The notes under the pieces: model-generated | Told to the model about the DNA's origin: nothing | Seen by the model: the letters and a program-made list of their open reading frames with translations, nothing else | Databases searched by the model: none | DNA from: Owenia fusiformis | Lineage: Eukaryota | Assembly (NCBI GenBank): GCA_903813345.2 | Contig: CAIIXF020000001.1 | Location: 46,004,001-46,067,865, forward strand | Length of the DNA stretch: 63,865 bases | Direction: 5' to 3' | Translations under genes and position numbers: made by a program | Shown here: one piece after another, positions 1 through 12,100 of the stretch | Position numbering within the stretch: position 1 is the first letter of the stretch | Layout of the letters: each line of letters starts with the position of its first letter

Positions 1-13
1 TGGCTCACGTTAC

Positions 14-1284
14 CACGGTGTTATAGCATGACGGTTACGACAAGGCGATTTGCAAAATGTTGCGGTAACGATAACAAAAAATGGCGGATTTGAAAGACCG
101 CATGTCCTCTTTCTCGCCTGTAGGCAAGATTCACAGATAAGATTTCCTTTTCAACTGGTTCCATTCGGTGACGTATATATGGATGGTTATAAAGACTGGG
201 TAAAATCTGCCAGGTGGTTTACTAGAAGCGGAATATAAGCTGTAAACTTACCGACTGAGATGTCCAAGTTCATATTTTTTAGTCCATTCTCGTGATTTCT
301 CAGTACATGTGCCTCAGAGCCACTCAAACTATTAACAGTAAGTAAACTGTGTATAAACAAGCCATAAAATGACAAATCCAGAACAGGAACGTGGTCATAT
401 TGTAAATAATGAGGTTTCAAACGCAATGTCTTTAGACAACTACGTATGAATTCTATAGACGGTAACGTATTGTATTAGATGTACATTAGATATTTAGCGG
501 ACGGTTACGTGCATGTACATCTCTCAAGTTAAGGTTGCTAGTTCTGATAGCCTCTTTCCATGTTATTGTTATAATGGGTAAGAAATGGAATATTGAATTG
601 CTTATATTTGTTTTCAGGACTTGCAAGAGACGCTCTTGTTTGAGCCTCTATAGGGCAAGGAAAAATTGTGTCTTGCTTTATTTATGAAACCAATTCAAGT
701 CAGAAAGAGAGCAATGAAGAGGCAAAAGATGAATAAGCATCAAGTACTGATGAATATGACAAAATTAATAACAATGAATCTGGGATACATATTTGAACAA
801 GGTTCGCGTAACCGTCAATCAATTTTTTGCGTAACCGCAAATTAAAAATACAATATTATGGCTTAAGTAGATCATATTAGGTGGTTTCCAATGCTCAATT
901 GGCTTTTTACGATCGTATGTAGGTTACATCTATATACCCCGAGGTCGTTCTAGGCAATGTAGACCATGCCCTAACGACAAAAATAAACAAATTACTAAAT
1001 TTTGTGTAGTTTTGAATTTCAAACTCAACAGTTTTTCTCTTACTTCATGTTATCCCCGGGCATCAATTTGCAAAGAATACGTTCAAAATATACATTACTA
1101 GGTGCATCACCGAATGCGATGCCTACAAAAATCGTTCATCCTTTCATTGATACACAGTAGAAGAAAATTATGCACCAACCTTAGTTTTCTGTTCCATCGC
1201 GGCCATTTTATTGGATAAATCAGTGAACGTAGCTGTCCAACCTCGTTTTCAGAGGTGGCGTAACCGTCATGCTATAACACTGTG
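14..1284. mobile_element. Non-autonomous Transib/RAG-like DNA transposon (CAC...GTG termini, 26-bp TIR, 5-bp TSD)
   Basis: Left end CACGGTGTTATAGCATGACGGTTACG (14-39) pairs with the right end (reverse complement CACAGTGTTATAGCATGACGGTTACG, ending at 1284) with one mismatch. GTTAC flanks both sides (9-13 and 1285-1289). The TIR core (GACGGTTACG / CGTAACCG) recurs internally near 460, 500, 807 and 830. No transposase ORF. CAC termini plus a 5-bp TSD is the established Transib/ProtoRAG signature. Confidence 0.75.
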
Positions 1285-1306
1285 GTTACATTGTTCGGGT
1301 TATAAA

Positions 1307-1900
1307 CACGGTGTTATAGCATGACGGTTACGCCACCTCTGAAAACCGATTTTCACCAGGCTTCTCTAATTTACAATTTTACACAGGAGGATTAAAGATT
1401 TCCAAGAGTTCATTCCGTGTGCCTGATACTTGATCAAAATATATTCTGTGCAAATCAGAAACCTTTTGGTTTAGTATTAGTATTTTATTCTATGGGCATG
1501 TGGATATGTGAAGTGATAAATCTTTGGATAAACTCCGTACGTTTGCCCGCCCGCCCGTCCATTCGCCTGACCATCCGTTCATATATTACAGAAAATACGT
1601 TCGCTTTTTGTCTCCGGGTAATAAACGACCGCCATTTTTCATGAATTTTTTTTGTGATTTTTTTATTAATACTGTTTATGGCCACTCAATTAAAAATCGT
1701 CAAGAAATTATTTTAAGGCTAAAACGTAAATGCCTCTTTACAGACTAATTTAAATTATATTTGAAATTGGCTTTCAATTTCAAAATGGCCGCCATTTTTG
1801 TCAAAATATGACGTTCAGTCTTCATTTCAATTTCGTTGAATGATTTTTTACGGCTGCATATTTAACGAATTTTTTTTAAAAAAAATGTAAATGTCAAAAA
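1307..1900. mobile_element. Truncated second element of the same CAC-terminal family (end coordinate approximate)
   Basis: Starts CACGGTGTTATAGCATGACGGTTACGCCACCTCTGAAAAC at 1307, a ~40-bp inverted match to the right end of the first element (1245-1284). Sequence diverges afterwards and no partner terminus was found. Confidence 0.5.
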
Positions 1901-2342
1901 AGGTTAGAGTAAATCCCAAAAGATATTTTGCCTAACCTGTACAAGGTGCATTCTAAATGTTCTGATAAAAATGATCTATCTAAATACATTAAGAGGTACA
2001 CGGGATGTAACACATGGAAATGGTCAACACTGTTTGATTATCTTTGGTTTATTTGCAGTCTTGTTTAGATAGCGCCATCTTATCTACAGACTCTAGTGGT
2101 ATATATCTCATAAAAGTTCTGAGTAAATAGCTAGACATTCATAATTACACTGCATGTATCATATATAAATACTTATCTTTGGTTAGACCTGTCTTTACTA
2201 CCTCACTGTGGACGTCATCAACGCCAGTTGCAACAGAGATGTAACGATAGAATATTAGCTAGGAAAGGGACATCTAAATAAGAATTGTTGAAAATTTAAA
2301 AGCAACAATTTAGATTTGGTGTTGAAGGCTGCAGTTTCCAAA

Positions 2343-5300
2343 ATGCCAACTTCAAGCGAAGCTTTATCTGATTTTAACTCCACTGAAATGTCGCCAGGAG
2401 CAGTCGATAGATGGCGCAGAAGACCACCGTCAGGAGTTGTCCCTAGGTTGGAAATGGCACGTATCAACGTGGAACTACCGGAAAAGTTTAAATCACCACC
2501 CAAAGAGGCTGGGGAACATAAGAGAACATTTTTGAAAATGTATAGATCGTCAAAGGGGGTCTACACTTACAACCAGAACCAGAACGAAGATAATTGCTAT
2601 CCATTTAGTATATATCAAGAGAAAAGTTTCTATCACTTGAGTAAACAGAGTTTTGTGAATTTTGGTCGTCCTGTCGACAATGTCAGTCGTGACAAAGTTG
2701 ATGTTGAAGTCGTGAAAGACGTTGGAGAAAGTACATCAGTTAAAGAATTCGTGAAAGACGGAGAAAACACATCAGTTAAAGAATTTGAACTTTTGACAAA
2801 CAACTCTTATATTCCAATGACACAAACTCGTCGACGCTCAAAGAGTGACTCTGAGGTCTTGAAAGATGTTTTTACTATTCCTAGTAAGGACGTCCATTTA
2901 TGTACAACAATATCTAACTCCTATGACATAAAATACGATACAATTAGTAAAGTGCAAAATTCAAGGCCTCATTTTCCCATTTTGGATGGTAAGCATCGCA
3001 CATCCACAGAAGGTAATGGAAATTCTGACAGACACTATATGCAGATAACACAACCCTACGCGTCTATTGGGGAATTAAGGTCTTCCAGTGCAGATGAAGT
3101 ACATAATGTTGGCAGTGTTGATGATCGGTTTCTCAACAACAATGACCCGCTTCAAAGCGCAAAAAAGATTGACAATCTGAATTCAGCCAGACTCACAATT
3201 GATGAAACCAATCATAATTTCACTGATACCTATGACGTTAGATTAACTGGGGAACATTCGGGCAGGAATATCGCAATCCCAAAACAAAGCTCTCATAGAG
3301 ACGTTGAAAACGGATCTAGGCAAAGTTTAAATAGTTATGTCGATTATGAGTCAAAGAACAGCCTCGAAAGTAGCAAAAGATACACCCAACAGTTTTACCC
3401 TTCGGATGTACTTTCTGAACAACAGTTGAACACTTTTAACGAACTTGACCAAAAGTTGAACACTTCGAGCGTATCTGATCAACGGTTTAATCCTTTAAGT
3501 GTATCTGGCCAAAAGTTATACACCCCAAGCGTACCTGATCAACAATTAAACACTTTTAGCATACCTGGCCACAAGTTGAACCCTTTGGGCGTACCTGACC
3601 AAGGATTAAACTTTTCAAGAGTATCTGACCAAATGTTTTATACTTTAAGCGCACCTGCTGACCAAAAGTTCAACACTTCAAACGTAGCTGACCAACAGTT
3701 AAACACATTAAGCGTACCTGACCAAAAGTTGGACACTTTAAGCGTGTCTGACCAACAGTTAAACGCTTTAAGCTTGCCTGACCAAAAATTGAGCACTTCA
3801 AACGTGTCTGACCAAAAGTTGAACACTTCAAACGTATCTGACCAACAGTTAAACACTCCAGGCGTAACTGACCACCAACTTGAAATTACAAGGTTGCCAG
3901 CAATCGCAAATAATCTGATTCAAAGAAATCATGCCATCGGTAAACTAAATGTAAACATAGCGGAAAGTTTCTATGAACCTGAGGACGAAAAGAAAATCGT
4001 CTCATTTAAATTGACACACAGAGATGAACAATCGAGAAATGGAGATAAGACCATGTATCAACAACATGTCTTACATGACATGGAAGATAATCTTACTACT
4101 ATAAACAAACATACATGTAAAGGTCAAGTGTTTGGTCTTAAGTCAACAAAGAAAGTGAAAAACAAAATTCGACGAAGGACCAGCGTTGAAGACAGCGGTA
4201 AAACAACCATGCCGGCTAGTTTCTTACCAACGCTGAATTCACCTCGATCGACGACCAACTCAGGCCAACGGGAGATTCTTGACGTTTCGGCTAGTATGGA
4301 ACAATTGGAAATTGAAGATGACAATAATGAAGGGTAAATATGATTACATATATTTCACAAATCAGATTTTTAGTCATTTCAATATTTCCACCTTTGGATC
4401 CAAAATACAGTAAAACCTATATATTGGATATCTTTTTGCCAAGAAAAAACAGTCTGTGGTTGGTAAGTGTTTACTTCGGAGAGGGTTATTAAAACAAAAC
4501 TCTGTAGAGCATGTGCAGAAGAAGGGTGTCCAAAAGAGACAGGTCTTCACTAGAGAGAGGTGTTCACTAAGACAGGTTTTACTGTTGTTATTTTTCTATA
4601 TTTTGCAACATTTCGAAGAAACGAATTTTAAATGTCAACATTTCTATGCACATCCTGCTGTATAACTTGACTAATTTGTAATTATGTTATGGAACAAATA
4701 AAACTTGAAAAATATGTTTAGCTCACATTCTAGAAAATTAGTTGGATGTCTATTGATTTGTGAAATTGAATGTTACTCCCGTATACTCGGAGAAAACGTA
4801 TCATCAGAAATAGAAATCCTACAAAATCTTTACAGAAGAACTAGTAAAAGTTTATAGAAAGAGTGTCATAAAACGACGATAAACATAAGAGTACTTTATG
4901 TTGTACGCTTGTCGGTATTGTTCATAGAACACTAAACACTCCTTTTCATATTTCAGACCAATTCAGAATAGTCAAACTGGCGGAGATACATTCTTTGATA
5001 AATCTACAAATGAAATCAAAATGAGGCGACGCCAACTGTCGAGAAGGAATTCCAACAAGACGTTAAAAGCGTTATTCATACCACCAATGCGCAGATTTGC
5101 AGCCAAACCCGAACTGAAACCCAATGCGGTATGTTTCGACGATCCAAACTCTAACTGGGTGCATAAAGATATACTTCATGCTACTTTGAAGGTATTGGAA
5201 ACTCTAGAGGGACACAATCCAAGGGTCCAAACGATCCAATTTGAGCCGAGAAAAGTCATTATTGGTGATCCTCTATGCGAGAATAGATGGATAGTGACTC

Positions 5301-5461
5301 TGTCGGATGGAATAGCTCGAGGCCATGTTTTGAAACACGGCCTCGTTATAGATGGCACCCACACTTATGTCCAAAGATACGATACCGTAATGGACAGAGA
5401 ATATTGTTTCTTTTTACAATATCACAGAACGAAGTATCGAAATAAGCCTACTCACACATGA
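2343..5461 (+). CDS. Uncharacterised ~831-aa protein: long disordered N-terminal region, 10-aa tandem repeats, C-terminal RRM-like domain; join(2343..4333,4957..5461)
   Basis: First ATG of the 673-aa ORF is at 2343. Donor GG|gtaaat at 4333/4334 and acceptor tttcag|A at 4956/4957 join in frame (phase 2) with ORF 5021..5461. ATTAAA follows at ~5501. The C-terminal NAVCFD...NRWIVTL...GLVIDGTHTYVQRYD has a beta-alpha-beta-beta-alpha-beta pattern (fold is inference). Confidence 0.8.
3386..3880 (+). repeat. Coding 30-bp tandem repeat (~16 copies; consensus peptide near DQ[QK]LNT[LS]SV[SP])
   Basis: Recurring GACCAA[AC]AGTT[AG]AACACT...GCGT[AG][TC]CT units with frame preserved. One unit carries an extra codon (SAPADQ). 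Confidence 0.9.
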
Positions 5462-5885
5462 AAGTGATGAACTTGTCCTGTTGACAAGATATTGTTGATT
5501 ATTAAAAGTTTTATACTTCCTGCTTATAACTTTTATTTCTCCATTCGTCGTGGTTCCATTCCTATGGGCGTGGAAATAAGGTCACATGATTGTATTATTA
5601 TCTTGCCATTCTGATTTAGTCCCTCTTTATTCTAATACAACTGCATTTATTCGACACCTTAGTTCTGCCAATAATATTTATGTTTGGTGCCGAGGTATGG
5701 GATATAACACAAAACAAATTTTTTTTTCTAAAATATATTTTATTTTAAAGGGTTAAGAAAACAACTCCAAACTATATGGTTTACGGTGAACTTGGTAAAC
5801 CTCTACATGTAAAGTATGTATATCTTGAAAATTTGGTATAAATTAGCAATAAGCAGCTCTGACAGTTTAAAAATAAGTGAAAAAT

Positions 5886-7755
5886 CAGGCCCGTAAGACA
5901 CTTTTCTCCAAGGGGGGTGCGGTTTTTACTTAAGAGAATATAAAATTGTCATTTTTTTGCCGCGTAAACCAAATCGCGTAAGTCAGAGGGGGGGGGGGGG
6001 GGGGGTCGGTACTCGGTTACTCCCTATATCGGTTTGGAATTAACAAATGCAACTTCAAAACGTTCCAATTGTTTTATGGGGGGGGGGGGGGTGTGAGGAG
6101 TGGTCCACTCCCCCTTGAAAATTTTACAGTTTTGAGATGCTATTTGGTGCATTCTGGGCACTTTCAAAGTCCCATGCAGTGTCTCGGTATATATCACTGC
6201 ACGGGAGTTTGAGTGTATGAGTCAATAAGAAAAATATGAATTTTTTTTCAAATTATTTTGGGGGTGTCAAAAAGGATGAGAGGGTGAAGTGGGGTGGGGT
6301 GCCAAATTTTGGGGGTGTCAAAGGGGAGGGAAGGGTGCCAGAGGGGAGGTGGGGTTGGGGTGCCAGAGGGGGAGCAAGGTGTTGTCGCCCAGAAACATTG
6401 ACCATATCAAGGTGCTATTTGATGATGTCTGGGCACTTAAAAAATTACTGAGACAATACATGAAATTCAGAATATTTTCTTTTGTTTTGTGGGGGATGTG
6501 AGGGGTGGCTAACTCTCTTACAATTTTACAATTTAAAGATAATATTTGGTGCTTCTGGGCACTTTTAAAGTGTATTAGTCAATAAAAACATTGAAAAACA
6601 ATCATATTTTTTCAAATTTTGGGGGTGTCAAAGGGGAGGGAGGGGTGCCAGAGGGGGAGATGGGGTTGGGGTGCCAGAGGGGGAGCAAGGGGTTGTCGCC
6701 CAGAAACATTGACCATATCAAGGTGCTATTTGATGATGTCTGGGCACTTAAAAAATGTCTGAGACAATCCATGAAATTCAGAATATTTTCTTTTGTTTTG
6801 TGGGGGATGTGAGGGGTGGCTAACTCTCTTACAATTTTAAAATTTAAAGATAATATTTGGTGCTTCTGGGCACTTTTAAAGTGTATTAGTCAATAAAAAC
6901 ATTGAAAAACAATCATATTTTTTTCAAATTTTGGGGGTGTCAAAGGGGAGGGAGGGGTGCCAGAGGGGGAGGTGGGGTTGGGGTGCCAGAGGGGGAGCAA
7001 GTGTTTGTCCTCCATATCTGTCTCCCAGAAACAATTACAATATCAAGGTGCTATTCGATGAAGTCTTTTAAAAAATCTTAATTTCTTTTTCAATATTTTT
7101 TTTTTTTGGGGGGGGGTGTCAAGGGGGGGGGGGGGGATGCCAGAGGGGGAGGTGGTGTGGGGATTCAGAATTCAGAACTTTTCCATTGTTTTGTTTAGGG
7201 TGTGAGGGGTGGCCCACTCCCCATAGAAAATTTTACAATTTTACGACGACGCTATTTGGTGCTTTCTGGGCACTTTCAAAGTGTATAAGTCAATTAAAGA
7301 ATTTGAGAAAATCACAACTTTTATCCAATTTCTTTGGGGGGGGGGGTGGTCAATGGGGGGGGGGGCAGAGGGGGAGGTGGTGTGGGGATGCAAGTGCAAG
7401 ATGCAAGAGGGGAGCAAGTGTTAGTCCCCCAGAAACACTAACTGTATCAAGGAGCTATTATTTTGATGATGTCTGTGCACTTTAAAAGTGTCTGAGACAA
7501 AACACTAAAATAAATTTAGAACTTTTCCATTGTTTTGTGGGGGTGTGAGGGGTGGCCAATACCCCTAGAAAATTTTACAATTTTAAGATGCTATTTGGTG
7601 CTTTCTGGGTACTTTCAAAGTGTATGAGTTAATGAAAAAAAAAAAAAATTCAAAAAAAACATTTTTCAAAAAAAAAATTTCAAATTTTTTTTTGGGGGGG
7701 TGACAAAGGGGGGTGCGGTCGCACCCATCGCACCCCCCCCCATCTGACGGCCCTG
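5886..7755. mobile_element. CAGG-terminal MITE containing a G-rich ~311-bp internal tandem array
   Basis: Left end CAGGCCCGTAAGA (5886); right end reverse complement CAGGGCCGTCAGA (ends 7755). AAAAT flanks both sides. Near-identical internal units start at ~6304, ~6615 and ~6927, with decayed units on either side. Confidence 0.6.
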
Positions 7756-8026
7756 AAAATGTACAAATTATGTAAACGTATGTATGGTACATTGGGGAAA
7801 AAGTATAGGTGACGAATTTCATCTCATTTTAGAATTCAAAGCTTCAAGTAATACATACATTTATTTTACCTCACAATCATGATATTATTTCTGAAAAAGT
7901 ACAAATACAAAAATATGAAAGGGATTTAAGCCCAGGATTCAATGGTTGACTGGAATTTCATAACTGAAACCCTTCCCTTATCTATTCAAATGAGCTGTCT
8001 TTATTCACACATAGCTAGGCATAATA

Positions 8027-8210
8027 CAGGGTGACCGGGAAAAAAGGAGACCACTGAAGTAGGCAATATATCCTAAACTAGACTAGTGATATCAATGAAA
8101 ATTTGCACACAGGAAAACATTTCTATGAAAATTTGTTCCTGACAGTTTCAATATAAACAGCTAACTGGTTATATTAAAACTTCAATGGTCTCCTTTTTCC
8201 GGCCACCGTG
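8027..8210. mobile_element. Tc1/mariner-type MITE (TA TSD)
   Basis: TA|CAGGGTGACCGGGAAAAAAGGAGACCACTGAAGT ... ACTTCAATGGTCTCCTTTTTCCGGCCACCGTG|TA. A solo end of the same family lies at ~46007-46032. Confidence 0.75.
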
Positions 8211-9136
8211 TATTTTTTGCCAGGTAACCTTGAAAATTGAAGGGTTATCCGGATATAAATTCAAAACTTTTGGACCTTTAGAGTTATGTCATGGAATTAT
8301 GAGTGTGAAAAATATTGTAAATTTAAATTTTACTTTTCAGTTCGTCTCTAGGCTCTAACTTTACTCTCTTTAACTCACTGTTGTAGTCACATTAGCCGTG
8401 TGTGCTCACCTTTCGTCATTAATTTTGTAATCGATTACTAGCTTAATCTTTTTGTATTTCGAGTGATGGAGTATTTCGTACATAAAAAAATGTTTTGCCA
8501 ATCGTGTATTAATGCGGTGCCCAGCCGTCTGCCCCAAAAGTATTTAAGTGAGACAGCTCCATTGCAATGTCAACCGATTCCTATCATAATGAAAATATTT
8601 GATATTTTGACTTTTAGAAGACTTTATTTACTCACATTACTTCAAAACATCATTTGACAACCATACACATATGATACATATTGCATAGTATGCAGTGTTT
8701 TCTTTCGATTTGTTCTCCAAATATGTTGTTCTTTATTGCCGATATGCTTTAATTCCAAAGATTACATCACGACTACATTCCTTGAGTGGTTGGCGGCAAC
8801 AGGGATAGAGGTCAATGGAGCGGCAGCATGGGATTGTTGTACATTATGTATACTGCATATTGCTTGCATTTAAAAATGTACATGCAGTTACTGTATTTAC
8901 AAAAACGAAAATGTGTTTTGTCCTCTCACACTTTTAATAACATACACGTTTTTACAATGATCGTGAACAGTTATGCATAGAAAGATCCAAGAGTTCACTC
9001 GATCCATCTTTCTAAGCAATATTATCCCACTAATTTCAAATCATTTCTTTTTCTATTTTCTTCATCCAATTTTGATTGCAATAACATCGTAAGTTGTCCG
9101 TTGAAGTATTTACAAAAATATTGTTTTGAAAATTAC

Positions 9137-12100
9137 TTATAATTCGTTAGTGTGGACATTTGCTTGATATTTTCCGAGTTCTTCACGTAGTTTTACGATC
9201 TCTGGGTCGTACGTGTACTTCTCAGGATTTACTTCTCTCAACTGAAAGTAAATGGAAAAGGAATATTGTGATTAAACGACCGGGGGGGGGGGTAGTTGTC
9301 TTTCTAGTACTTGACTAAAAAGATGTCAAAGATATTATTAACCAGCTTTTATATGAGCAGCAGTTTACCGATGTTTCTTGATTTTCGATATGGTATTACA
9401 GAGACAACTAATCCAAAGATACAAGTACAATCAGAATTTAAACAACACTACTGCCATCTTTATTCAGTTCTGGGCCTCAGTTACTAGCGCAGTCAGATGT
9501 CCCTTTGGTAGTTCGACTTTTTCAGGAAAGCAACAAACTTGGCACAGTTGTAGAAACATATGATCTGAATGAAAAATAATTTCGGGGCAAGTGATTCGGG
9601 GTGGTCTTCATGGATTGTAAGCCTCTGACCTCCACCCCTATCAGGTGGGGAGGGGGTACATTATAATAAAATAAATAAAAATAGTTGTAAAGTATATTTC
9701 TTTAAATGACTTCATTTGGTGATTGCTTTGAGCCTTGAAATTGAGAAAAACCTATTTTAAAAGTGGTGTTTAGGAAGGAAAATACATTTTAACCCAATTA
9801 TCTAGAGTGAATTCATCTTTCAAAGGGTCAAATATGGGACATCAAGTACTGTATTTCAAGAATGTGATGTCTGGTCATCCTGAAAAAATTCATACTAATA
9901 GAGATATAGGTGATAATCACTCATATGATATATGGCTTGTGTAGCTCATGTAATTTTTGAGAAATAAATTATCGAAATATGGATATTTAAGCCCTTGCGG
10001 CCTAGGGGTGACCTTATTTTACCTTAATAATTTTTAAGATACGCAATGTTTGGGCCTCATATGAATTCTAAATGTTGCATTAAGTATTGTTTTGTCATAT
10101 TATTCCTAATTAAATGTAAAAAAATTATTGGAAATTAAAAAAAAATCAAATTTTCATTTTCGGTTCTAAAGGGCCAGGGGTAACCATATTTTACCCTAAT
10201 AATTTCCCAGATATGAAATATATGCATCTCAAATTAGCTCAAGATGTTGCATATAGTTCTGTTTTATCATAATTCTTCCAATAAGATGTAGAAAATGATC
10301 GGATATATCTAAAAAATTAAAATTTTCACTTAAGCTCTTGATGGCCCTGGGGTAACCTTATTTTACCTTAATAATTTTCTAAATATGAGACATAGTCACC
10401 TCAAATGAGCTTAAGATGGTATATTTAGTCCTGTTTTATCATATCATTCCCAAGGAGTGAAAAAATGATTGGAAATTATAAGAAAATGACATTTTCATAT
10501 TACACCCCCAATCCGTAACATCTTCTTGCAGCGCTGTAAACAGTACTGAACAGTGCAGTCAGAGTACTGCACTATATAGCAATGTACAATGCTATTCTAA
10601 CACCATCTGTTTTGGACAGCGTAGTACAGTACTGTTTTTACAGCTCAGTACTGTTTTAGAAAACAGCTGTGTTCAGTACTGTTTTTACAGCACTGTTTAT
10701 GAAACCATGCTGTTTGATGCAGTTTGAGATTGGTAGTGTAGTTTATGATAGGTCAGGAATGACCTAATTTTACCTTAAAATTTTAAACAAAGATATATCA
10801 TATTGTCTACTCAAATGAGCTCAAAATAGTGAATATAGTCTAGTTTTGTCATATTATTGCTACTGAGATATAAAATAATGATTAATAATTATAAAAAATG
10901 AACCTCAACAGCCATTTATTCCTTTCTAGTACCAATGGCAATACTATCTAGTTTTATAGAACATTTTCTAAGATATGAAAATGTTTGATAAGTCCAGTTC
11001 ATACTCGCACGAGTAGTAGCATTGTTAAGATTCTGTATATTATCATTTGAGTATATAATCCAAATCTATAAAACCTAATCAAAGGAGTCACAATTTATGG
11101 ATTCTGACAGTCTCTCCTACAGCTACATAGCTCAGAGCAAATCAGATCTTCTTTCAAACATTTGCATCTGTTCTCTTGACACAGGTATCTACCCCATGAC
11201 CTACATTTTATGTTGTGGCCTCAGTATCAGCAGTGGGAGTAGTCCAGCCACATTCATGTGGTGATGGAAACTGTGGGTAAGAATGCATCAGAATGAATAA
11301 GGACTCTAGTCTTCTAATTTTAGGGTATCAAAAAAGATTTAAAGCTTAAGAACACTTGCGTAACCTCGGGGTACACCTTCTATTCCTGCAAATCAGTTGA
11401 CTAAGAGTAGTAGCAGAATGCATCTAGCGATTGTATGAAAAATGGTAAGGGCTAAACTTCGTTCATGGCCAAATGGCCTTGAAATATCTAAGGCAGGTCG
11501 TTCATACTGGAGGAATTTCCCCTCACCATAGGCCATATGCAATCCAAATTGACATTTTCAGCACAAGTTACTGCCAGTTTAAACCACATCAAAATCAACT
11601 GTATTGACTATGATTCTTATTAGGTCATGACAGAAGCAGTCTTTGGCATGCTTCTTCATATGAGCGAATGGTGATGGCAGATACTTCACTATCGGGCTAA
11701 GATATTGCATTACCTCATCGTGAGGTCACTATCTTCTTGCCATCTTCCTCCAGGGTTTCAGTTTTGATGTCTGGAAGGAAAACAGCTCCCTCTTCTTAAG
11801 AAGTGTAAATTCAGTTCAAAGCTTCTATAAAGGGAGTCCCACTTATAGGTTTTTAAGATCCAAAACATTTCAAGAGGAATCAGCTGAAATAATGTTCATC
11901 CAGGGGGTTTCTTTGGAAAAAAATAAACATATATGTTAGTCTTGATGAAATATCAAAACTTGAATATATTTTGACACTGGTCCATGATCGTTGAATGGCC
12001 CCTTTGCACTAATTGTTGCACCTTTAAAACAGCACTAGAGAGACTTGTGGAACTGGAACAAGGATAGTCTAAGGAGGAAACTGAAACCCTTGAAATGGAT

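Noticed and set aside
6236..7822. Several Gly-rich short ORFs
   Set aside because: They are by-products of the G-rich tandem array inside a MITE, with no splice or protein-family support.
8700..9136. Possible miR-147-like hairpin in the 3' UTR, as in vertebrate C15orf48
   Set aside because: No match to the miR-147 mature sequence and no convincing hairpin seen by eye.
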